A stretch of 23,981 bases of DNA, from positions 1 through 23,981 of the forward strand of contig CAVPGK010000022.1 of assembly GCA_963703955.1 (NCBI GenBank), read 5' to 3'. A program made the position numbers and the translations under genes. Below, in pieces: positions 15,548 to 23,981 of the stretch; position 1 is the stretch's first letter, and each line of letters opens with the position of its first letter. The notes beneath the pieces are model-generated. The model had not been told where the DNA came from, did no database searches, and worked only from the letters and a program-made list of their open reading frames with translations. This stretch comes from Nitrospirota bacterium. Lineage in GTDB: Bacteria; Nitrospirota; Nitrospiria; Nitrospirales; Nitrospiraceae.

Positions 15548-15725
15548 GAGTGGTGGCACTGACTCCAGGTGCTCGCAGAGCGCGCACGATAAGAATGTGC
15601 TCGCCTTGGGAGAGGGCTCGTCTCGGCGAGCCCAGGGTGGGCGGGTGAAGAAAAAGGGGCGCGTCTTGGCGCGCCTGGGGCGGGTGGGTGAAATATGCGC
15701 GCAGTTGGAGTCAGTTCCACCACTC
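15548..15725. repeat. Type II palindromic element, filled form with hairpin module copies 5 and 6
   Basis: 20-bp arms GAGTGGTGGCACTGACTCCA (15548-15567) and 15706-15725 (1 mismatch). The core matches 873-972 reversed, with a 90-bp insert (15605-15694) holding stems 15614-15633 and 15657-15676. Confidence 0.92.
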
Positions 15726-15756
15726 CCAGTAAGCCCGGATTTTTCAGGTCGCATAG

Positions 15757-17064
<1,308 letters not shown>

Positions 17065-17170
17065 CACCAGCGCAGGTCCTGTCGACGGCCCCTCAGCGCC
17101 ATCCGCAATTGTGCCAATGGTAGTTTCTGAATAGAGAGAAGAAGTTGAGACTTGTGAGAAGGAGGAGAGG

Positions 17171-17530
17171 ATGACGAGACGGAACCGTAGCCATGGTAGC
17201 GTAAGACGACGCCGGCGAGTCTCTTGGGGGTTGATAGTCGTCGTCGGAGGGCTATTGGGCGCTATTCTGGTTACGTCGCTGTTTTTTGACGAGATGGGTG
17301 TGCGCAAGTATGTGATGATGCTCCAGCACGCACGGCAGTTGGAAAAGGATGTTCGGGATCTGGAGCGCCTGAACGCAGAGCTTCGAACGGATATTTATCG
17401 GATTCAGTATGATCCGGTCCGGATGGAGGAATTAGCTCGTGAGCGCCTGGGCTATGTGAAGAAGGGCGATACAGTCTACCAAATCGTGACGGACCAGGAG
17501 AACCACGAGAAACAAGAGAAGGGGAGATGA
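17171..17530 (+). CDS. ftsB: Septum formation initiator (FtsB/DivIC family)
   Basis: Basic N-terminus, one transmembrane helix, a coiled coil, and MEELARERLGYVKKGDTVYQ. Directly after eno. Confidence 0.85.
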   Translation: MTRRNRSHGSVRRRRRVSWGLIVVVGGLLGAILVTSLFFDEMGVRKYVMMLQHARQLEKDVRDLERLNAELRTDIYRIQYDPVRMEELARERLGYVKKGDTVYQIVTDQENHEKQEKGR

Positions 17531-17620
17531 GCCTGCTCGGGGGGGCACTCCGGGTGAAAGGGCTGGTCTTGGCCAGCTCGGGGCCGGACGGGTGACATAG
17601 TTGCTGGGGCGGGTGGGTGA
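17529..17620 (+). repeat. Hairpin module copy 7 with a flanking head fragment and orphan tail, no backbone
   Basis: GGGCTGG-TCTTGG-CCAGCTC-GGGGCCGGACGGGTG (17560-17594). Head GAGCCTGCTCGG at 17529-17540, tail GGGGCGGGTGGGTG at 17606-17619. Confidence 0.85.
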
Positions 17621-17622
17621 AA

Positions 17623-18510
17623 ATGAAATCCGGTACCGTCGCAATCATCGGACGTCCCAATGTGGGAAAGTCCACGCTTTTGAATGCGCTGCTCAAAGAA
17701 AAAATTGCCATCGTATCCGACAAGCCCCAGACGACGCGTATGCGTATCCTGGGAGTCGTCCATCGGCCTGACGCCCAGATCGTCTACTTCGATACTCCAG
17801 GACTGCACCAGCCTCAACACCAACTCAATAAGCGCATGGTCCGGACGGCCTTGGAGACCATGCGTGAAGTCGACCTGGTGTACGTGATGATCGAGGCCGT
17901 CCCTCCGTCTCCCGGGCCAGGTGATCGGGTGGTGGTTCAGCAAGTCGGCGAGGCGATTCGGAAGAGCGGCCAACCGGCGTTCTTGCTCATCAACAAGGTC
18001 GATCTGGTGAATAAGGCAAGGGTGTTGCCGTTGATTGAGGCGACCCGTTCTTTGCTGGAATGGACGGAAGTGGTTCCCTTGTCGGCCAAGACCGGCATCA
18101 ACGTTGAGCGACTGCTGGATCTGACGGTGAAGGTGTTGCCCGAAGGCGAGGCGCAATATGGAGAGGAGGTCATCACGGATCAGCCGATGCGGGTGCTCGC
18201 GGCGGAGATTATCCGTGAAAAGATCCTCCAGAAGGCCAGGGAAGAAGTGCCGTATTCTGTTGCCGTTGAGATCGACGGATTTGTCGAAGAAGGCAATCTG
18301 GCCCGCGTGTCTGCTACCATCCTGGTCGAAAAGGAGTCGCATAAAGCGATTCTGATCGGGAAACATGGAGACCGACTCAAGGCGGTCGGGACGTATGCGC
18401 GAATCGAGATGGAACGGCTATTCGACATGAAGGTGTTCTTGGAGCTCTGGGTGAAAGTCCGAGCCGATTGGCGTGAGAACGAGCAGGTGCTGACGGCACT
18501 GGGGTACTAG
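17623..18510 (+). CDS. era: GTPase Era
   Basis: GRPNVGKST, KPQTTR, DTPG, NKVD, KH domain ILIGKHG, LELWVKVRADW. Alternative GTG start at 17617. Confidence 0.98.
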   Translation: MKSGTVAIIGRPNVGKSTLLNALLKEKIAIVSDKPQTTRMRILGVVHRPDAQIVYFDTPGLHQPQHQLNKRMVRTALETMREVDLVYVMIEAVPPSPGPGDRVVVQQVGEAIRKSGQPAFLLINKVDLVNKARVLPLIEATRSLLEWTEVVPLSAKTGINVERLLDLTVKVLPEGEAQYGEEVITDQPMRVLAAEIIREKILQKAREEVPYSVAVEIDGFVEEGNLARVSATILVEKESHKAILIGKHGDRLKAVGTYARIEMERLFDMKVFLELWVKVRADWRENEQVLTALGY

Positions 18511-18900
18511 CAGGCTGTTGAAAAACTCGCGCGGTGGCTCGGTATGAACGTCGTGAGCAATACGACACGCGATACCATACCATCCTCCAGGATGTTCAAA
18601 AAGGCTCATTCCACCCGCCGACCCCAGGCGCGCCGAGACGCGCCCCTTCCCGTACAAGGCCGCAGCGAGGCGCACGGTGGGACGAATAAGGAGCACCACG
18701 CTTGTGCGCGCCGCCGAGTTGGTGAGGCGGCGGTGTCTTCAAGCCGAAGCGTAGTTGTCTTCACCCGCCCTGCCCGAGCGCGCCGAGACGCGCTCTTTCC
18801 CGAGACGGTACGTTGAGGCTTGAAAATAAAGCATGCGACTATCCAGCGAAGCTGGACATAGGAGATACGAAGCTGGAGGCCTTTTTCAACCTCCTGCTAG
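18507..18900 (-). mobile_element. Type I element C: MITE-like composite bounded by CTAG, carrying the 62-bp cassette and hairpin copies 8 and 9
   Basis: Outer inverted ends CTAGCAGGCTGTTGAAAAA (18507-18525) and TTTTTCAACCTCCTGCTAG (18882-18900), 17/19 match. Inner end AGGATGTTCAAAAAGGC (18589-18605). Hairpin modules at 18612-18652 and 18762-18802, cassette at 18669-18730. Mobility is inferred. Confidence 0.8.
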
Positions 18901-18935
18901 AGGAAGGATGAAAGGGAAGCCTCAAAGAGTCGGAC

Positions 18936-20363
18936 ATGCAGCCCATTGAGCAGAAGCGTCAAGCCGAGCGCGATCTTTTAAAGGATCTCGTGAAGGAGCC
19001 TGAGAAGGGACAGACGAAGTTTGACCTCGTGCAGGCGTCGTTTCAGCGCCTGCTTCGTCGCGGGGCGATCACGAATCTCGTGAAGATGCTCGGACGGATG
19101 CATCCCGCCGATATCGCGAAAGTCATTGAGCATCTATCATCGCCCAAAGAGAAGCGTACGGTGTTCGAATTAGTCCGTGGTGAAACGCAACGCGGGGAAG
19201 TCTTGAGCGAGTTGGGCGCGGAAAATATCGGCCATGTGCTGGCTGATATTCCACCGGCGGAAGTTGCGGGGCTGCTGAAGGATCTTGCGACAGATGACGT
19301 CGCCTACCTGTTGGGGGTACTGCCGGAGGAGCGGGCGAAAGAGATCCTCACTCTCATGAAGACGGAGGACTCTACTGAGATTGCCGACCTTCTAAAGTAT
19401 CCGAAGGACACCGCCGGCGGAATCATGACGACCGAGTTCTTTTCCTTGTCGGAAGATGCCACCGCTCAGGAAGCCATTCGTCGCCTTCAGCACGCGACCG
19501 ACGCGGAAATGGTGTTCTACATCTATGTGACGGATAAGGAGGATCATCTGGTCGGTGTATTGTCCCTGCGCCAACTCTTGACCGTCCCGCCGACAACCCC
19601 GCTGAAACACATCATGACCCGTGACGTGATCAGCGTGGCCGTGGACATGGATCAAGAGGAAGTGGCGCGCCAGGTCGCCCGGTACAACCTTCTCGCCGTG
19701 CCCGTCGTGGAAAAGGATCAGACTCTGGTGGGGATCATTACCGTCGATGATGTGGTCGACGTGATCCGTGAAGAGGCGACGGAGGACATGTTGAAGATGG
19801 CCGGAGCCGCGGAGGACACTCTGCTCACGTCTTCCAGTGTGGAGGCGGCGCGGCTGCGTTTTCCTTGGCTCTTCACGAATCTCGCCGGCAGCCTCCTGTC
19901 CGGAATCATTTTATGGTATTTCCGCTTTACGATTCAGGAAGTCGTGGCCATTGTGAGCTTTATTCCGGTCATTGCGGCGATGGGGGGCAATGTGGGATTG
20001 CAATCCTCCACGTTGATCATTCGGGGGTTAGCCACCGGCGGGATTGAGTTGGCCGACATGTGGAAAGTGTTTTTTCGTGAGGTGCGGATCGGCGTCCTCC
20101 TGGGGCTGGCTTGCGGGCTTCTCTTGACGGGCGCGGGGTGGCTGTGGCATGGGCAATGGTTTCTCGGCATGGTAGTAGGGGCATCGCTGATGATCGCGTT
20201 TCTTGTGTCAACGAGCATGGCCACCATCATGCCGATTCTCCTCAAGCGGCTCGGCGTCGATCCGGCTGTCGCGGCAGGACCGTTTGTGACGACGGCGAAT
20301 GACATTACCGGCATCACGATCTACTTGGCTCTGTCCACGGCGTTTCTGGACTATTTGAAATAA
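18936..20363 (+). CDS. mgtE: Magnesium transporter MgtE
   Basis: HPADIA N-domain, TAGGIMTTEF, CBS pair, GIITVDDVVDV, RFPWL, MGGNVGLQS, DPAVAAGPFVTTANDITG. Confidence 0.97.
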   Translation: MQPIEQKRQAERDLLKDLVKEPEKGQTKFDLVQASFQRLLRRGAITNLVKMLGRMHPADIAKVIEHLSSPKEKRTVFELVRGETQRGEVLSELGAENIGHVLADIPPAEVAGLLKDLATDDVAYLLGVLPEERAKEILTLMKTEDSTEIADLLKYPKDTAGGIMTTEFFSLSEDATAQEAIRRLQHATDAEMVFYIYVTDKEDHLVGVLSLRQLLTVPPTTPLKHIMTRDVISVAVDMDQEEVARQVARYNLLAVPVVEKDQTLVGIITVDDVVDVIREEATEDMLKMAGAAEDTLLTSSSVEAARLRFPWLFTNLAGSLLSGIILWYFRFTIQEVVAIVSFIPVIAAMGGNVGLQSSTLIIRGLATGGIELADMWKVFFREVRIGVLLGLACGLLLTGAGWLWHGQWFLGMVVGASLMIAFLVSTSMATIMPILLKRLGVDPAVAAGPFVTTANDITGITIYLALSTAFLDYLK

Positions 20364-20426
20364 CTCCAGCCTTCTCGCTGACCCTCGTCGAATCATGTTT
20401 TTCAATCTTGCGGTAAAGGAGAGGTC

Positions 20427-20894
20427 TCACGGGCGAGGGGAGGGAGCGAAGATCGTCTCAATATCCTGCACGCCGGCCTTCGCCTGTTCACGATAAGCCT
20501 GATATTGTTCATCGCGATAGGTGCTCAACACACGCTGATAGGCTCCCAGCGCCTCGTCGTACCGCTTGCGATGAGTCAGATATCGGCCGAGGTTCAGCCA
20601 GTTTTCGGCAGCCGCTTGGTTGGCCGTCTTCAACAGCACCCAATCCCGGTTGACCTGATTGTCTGCAAATGATTGTGGACTCTGTCTGATCTCTGCGCCG
20701 ATGGTGGATGCCAACGCTTCGAGCCGCTCATTTTCCAAAATAGCGGATCTCACACGGTCGGACTGAAGGTAAGCATAAAAATTGCGGATGTGGTCCTTTA
20801 TCAAGACGGTGCGTTGCTGATACAGATCCTTCGCGCAGCCGGTCCACAGGGTGACCAGCACACACAATACTATTGCCCTTGCAGGTGTTCGCAA
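20427..20894 (-). CDS. Putative lipoprotein with a TPR-like C-terminal helix pair
   Basis: Signal RAIVLCVLVTL plus lipobox WTGC. WLNLGRYL...RYDEALGAYQRVL looks TPR-like. Start codon uncertain. Confidence 0.7.
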   Translation of the reverse strand: MRTPARAIVLCVLVTLWTGCAKDLYQQRTVLIKDHIRNFYAYLQSDRVRSAILENERLEALASTIGAEIRQSPQSFADNQVNRDWVLLKTANQAAAENWLNLGRYLTHRKRYDEALGAYQRVLSTYRDEQYQAYREQAKAGVQDIETIFAPSPRP

Positions 20895-21014
20895 TGGTTC
20901 GTCTCTCGCGCGAGTCTAGCAAGTCCGGACGAAAATGAGAACGTCCGTCCATATGAACCGGCTGCGACAGGATGTCCCCCTTCGGCTATAGTTAATGGAG
21001 TCGTGGAGGACTGT

Positions 21015-21515
21015 ATGGAGAAAATTGGTGAATCCGTACGACCGCTGCTTGTCGGTATGACCGGCGGCCTGGTTGCCGGCATACTCGTCCTGGACATGAT
21101 GCTCCCTCTGGGGCTGGCAGGAATGCTCTATGTCGCCCTCGCGATGATTTCATTATGGTCGCCGAAGCGAACCTTTACTCTCACCGTAGCGGGCGCCTGT
21201 ACGGCGTTGATCCTCTTTGATTACCATCACGCTCCCCGCGAGAGTGAGACGGTGCTGGCCATCGCCAACCGCGGCCTGGCCTTGCTGGCGATTTGGGTCA
21301 CGGCGATTCTGTCTCTCTTACGCACTCGCGACCAGGAGGATATCCAGATTCTCCGGAGCCTACTGCCCTTGTGCGCGACCTGCAAAAAGATACGAGATCC
21401 GAGGGGAGTCTGGCATCAGCTCGAACAATACCTCAAAGACAACTCGCAAATGGAATTTTCCCGCAGTCTTTGTCCGGAATGCCGGAAAAAATGGGTGCCC
21501 GGAGCGACGGCCTAG
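21015..21515 (+). CDS. Small membrane protein with a C-terminal CxxCKKIRD...CPxC motif
   Basis: GGAGG at 21005-21009 before ATG 21015. About four hydrophobic segments, then LLPLCATCKKIRDPRGVWHQLEQYL...FSRSLCPEC. The ORF-track start at 20673 overlaps the opposite-strand gene. Confidence 0.8.
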   Translation: MEKIGESVRPLLVGMTGGLVAGILVLDMMLPLGLAGMLYVALAMISLWSPKRTFTLTVAGACTALILFDYHHAPRESETVLAIANRGLALLAIWVTAILSLLRTRDQEDIQILRSLLPLCATCKKIRDPRGVWHQLEQYLKDNSQMEFSRSLCPECRKKWVPGATA

Positions 21516-22591
21516 TGTAGTGCGTCTAACGCTTCTTTACATTGGGCGACTTTGGTCAAGATATTCCCCACCGAGGCGGTCCACACGAATACCCGGGGGT
21601 TCTGATTGTGATTGTCCAGGTACTGTGTGATCGCAGCGATCAATTCCCGCACATGCTGGAAGCTGCCGCGCCGGATGCGTTTGTCGGTGAGATCGCGGAA
21701 CCAGCGCTCGACCAGGTTCAGCCAGGAACTGGAGGTTGGGATAAAGTGCAGATGGAACCGCGGATGCCGTTGGAGCCAGGCTTTCACCCGTGGGTGCTTG
21801 TGCGTCCCGTAATTGTCCACGATCAGATGCAGGTCGAGCTCGGACGGGGTTTCGGCCTCGATCTTTGCGAGGAAGCGAATGAACTCCTGATGCCGATGCC
21901 GCGGCATGCAGTCGCCGATCACCTTGCCGTCGAGCATGCTCAGGGCTGCAAACAAGGTGGTCGTGCCATGGCGTTTGTAATCGTGCGTCATCGTGCCACA
22001 ACGGCCCTTCTTCAACGGAAGGCCCGGCTGGGTGCGGTCGAGGGCTTGGATCTGACTTTTCTCGTCGACGCACAGGACCAGGGACTTGTCCGGGGGATTG
22101 AGATAGAGCCCCACGACATCGTAGAGCTTCTCGACAAACTGCTTGTCGCGGCTGAGCTTGAAGGTCTTGATGAGATGGGGCTTGAGGTTGTGTCGCTTCC
22201 AGATCCGCCGCACCGTCGCTTCGCTGAGGCCTTGGGCCTTGGCCATACTCCGGGTGCTCCAGTGGGTCGCAGCCGGTGGGGTCGTGTGCAGTGTCGCCTC
22301 GACGACGGCCCGCACTTTGCGTTCGGGGATGCGTGGCAGACGACCGGGACGTGGCGCATCCTTTTCGAACCCTGCCAAGCGCAGAGCCAGAAACCGCTCC
22401 CGCCAAAGCTGCACCGTGGGTCTGGAGATGGTCAATGTTCGGGCGATTCCCTGATTGCTGACGCCATCGGCCGCCAACTGGACGATCCGCGCTCGCTGCA
22501 CCAGGCGAAAGGGGACACGCCGACCCTGGGCCCATGTCCTCAGGGCCGAGCGCTCCATAGGGGACAGCTGGATAGGGGCCGCGGTTCTCAT
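21512..22591 (-). CDS. IS630-family DDE transposase
   Basis: N-terminal HTH, HWSTRSMA, VLCVDEKSQIQAL, IVDNYGTHK, SSWLNLVERWF, with 35 residues between the second D and the E. Confidence 0.96.
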   Translation of the reverse strand: MRTAAPIQLSPMERSALRTWAQGRRVPFRLVQRARIVQLAADGVSNQGIARTLTISRPTVQLWRERFLALRLAGFEKDAPRPGRLPRIPERKVRAVVEATLHTTPPAATHWSTRSMAKAQGLSEATVRRIWKRHNLKPHLIKTFKLSRDKQFVEKLYDVVGLYLNPPDKSLVLCVDEKSQIQALDRTQPGLPLKKGRCGTMTHDYKRHGTTTLFAALSMLDGKVIGDCMPRHRHQEFIRFLAKIEAETPSELDLHLIVDNYGTHKHPRVKAWLQRHPRFHLHFIPTSSSWLNLVERWFRDLTDKRIRRGSFQHVRELIAAITQYLDNHNQNPRVFVWTASVGNILTKVAQCKEALDALH

Positions 22592-22649
22592 GCTCCAGAA
22601 GATAGAGAGGTCTGGACATATACGTCAAGTTATTTATGACGCACTACAC
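21515..22649 (-). mobile_element. IS630-family insertion sequence, apparently intact
   Basis: CTAGTGTAGTGCGTC (21512-21526) is the exact reverse complement of 22638-22652. Duplicated TA at 21513-21514 and 22650-22651 in a CTAG context. Single transposase ORF. Confidence 0.95.
22599..22628 (-). promoter_or_regulatory. Predicted IS630 transposase promoter
   Basis: TTGACG (22628-22623), 18-bp spacer, TATCTT (22604-22599), 7 nt before the ATG. Confidence 0.55.
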
Positions 22650-22879
22650 TAGCGCTGGAGTTCCGGTGATTCTGCCGACCCACCTCCCCACCCCGCCGGC
22701 GCACGATTTTGACATCCCATGGTTCGATCAATCGGATATGAACTGGTCCAGCACCGACCGAACTCTCAGCATAGTTCCTTGTGGTCGGTATCTGTTCTGC
22801 CAGTAATCCGGGTAAGAGAATGGGGATCTAGGTGCCGGACTCGAAAGCGGCGGGGCTTCAGTTCATTTCGTCCGCGCTG

Positions 22880-23377
22880 TCACCATTTCACAACAAATTT
22901 GACGGTCCTGGGTTCGTGGTCTGAGAAGGTCACCGTTGCCGTGCACGGCAGGGAACGTGATTCGTGTTGAAAGGTGGCTGCCAGGAGAAAGAAGGCGTAG
23001 CGCTCACTGATCGAATTTGCAGAGATAGTCAATGGTGGTGAATACACCTTGTCAGTACGCAATTGTTCTTGACCTTTGCTGGTTAAGAGGACGGGGAGTG
23101 AAGGCCCCAGAATAAGAAGCCGATCTAACGACGTACCATCCAGCGCGACGACTAGGCTCTTCACGACCACGGGTTGTTGGGTCTCATTGATGAATCTGAC
23201 ATAGACCCGTAGCAAGTATTGATTGGCAGCGCCACCCAATAGCCGCCCGTAGCGTGTCTGGGAATCCCCAATTTCTACGCCAAGCTGCTCTTTGCCGGTC
23301 GGCATTTCTGACACATCAACAAGCGGGGTCACACGACCACCTTCCGTGAGATCAGTTTTCTTTCGGGAGGAGCGCAC
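22880..23377 (-). CDS. Hypothetical protein, predicted beta-rich
   Basis: 165-codon ORF in a more AT-rich stretch with protein-like alternating strands (YLLRVYVRFIN, VVVKSLVVALDG, CTATVTFSD). No recognised family and the start is uncertain. Confidence 0.5.
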   Translation of the reverse strand: MRSSRKKTDLTEGGRVTPLVDVSEMPTGKEQLGVEIGDSQTRYGRLLGGAANQYLLRVYVRFINETQQPVVVKSLVVALDGTSLDRLLILGPSLPVLLTSKGQEQLRTDKVYSPPLTISANSISERYAFFLLAATFQHESRSLPCTATVTFSDHEPRTVKFVVKW

Positions 23378-23981
23378 GCTTCTGCCTTAAACTAGCCTTG
23401 CACGAGATCGATCAGCGGTGCTTTTACTGACTTGCTTCCCTCGCTGATGCAGCTTGGCACGACTGTCGCTGAGAACACTGGTGGTCCCGACACGAATTGA
23501 ACGTGCGACACGCGGTGTAGGAAACGGCTAAGTATACACGCGATCCCCGTGTTTCTGCAAGCGGTAGTCGTGCGGACGGTGTGCATGGACGGTCAAACCT
23601 TGCCACCTGTCCGCAACGCCGCAACCCAGGCGCAACCTACAATCCGTGCTGTAGCCCCATTAAAAAAGCGATTGCTCGCCCTCCCACCCACTCTGCATCG
23701 GCGTCCCTCCCACGGCATGCGCATGGGTCCCATTTTAGGCTCACACTGGAGGGACAAAACAGCTCCTCTGGGGCTGGACGCGATAGAGATTTTTCTCGAC
23801 GACGCGTTACCACTTCGCGCTCGGTCGGCATTTCGGCGTGTTGGCATCATCGGCACGAGCTCCTTTGTGGCCTTGCGAAGCACTCGGGCAACATGCCATT
23901 GCTAGCTTAGGTGATAGTTGCTATGCTTATACTCCCGTTCGAGATGCTTCTCACTCGGAGCGTACTGATGTCGTGAACGTT

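Noticed and set aside
20395..20415. TTTTTCAATCTTGC resembling a type I end
   Set aside because: The match is short, with no partner end or internal motifs.
21537..22639. Two additional ORFs of about 365 aa spanning the IS630
   Set aside because: They are frame-shifted and antisense shadows of the transposase with low-complexity translations and no motifs.
21512..22652. IS630 as the mobiliser of the type I elements
   Set aside because: They share only the CTAG context, and the terminal sequences are unrelated.

Overview
A mostly housekeeping window from a GC-rich bacterium, probably Nitrospirota (inferred from protein style and gene order). Leftward genes: tmk, holB, metG and an exported protein. 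Rightward genes: DUF502, glmU, glmS, gatC, panD, gatA, DUF948, a GH15 remnant, a stand-alone LigD phosphoesterase, a YtxH-domain gene, gatB, eno, ftsB, era and mgtE. These are followed by a lipoprotein, a small Cys-motif membrane protein, an intact IS630 and an orphan region. The unusual content is a layered system of small structured repeats. There are two palindromic intergenic backbones (type I with AGGATGCTGAAAAA...TTTTTGAGCATCCT ends, type II with GTGGTGG...CCACCAC arms), a 62-bp cassette, and a roughly 40-bp hairpin module (7-bp covarying stem, TCTYGG loop, G-rich tail) present in 9 complete copies. The module sits inside both backbones at different sites, possibly inside itself, and in frame inside glmU, where it adds about 65 aa. 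MetG carries a separate palindromic in-frame insert with 24-bp periodicity, and the tmk C-terminus appears to come from a decayed type I repeat. Novelty could not be checked without database searches.
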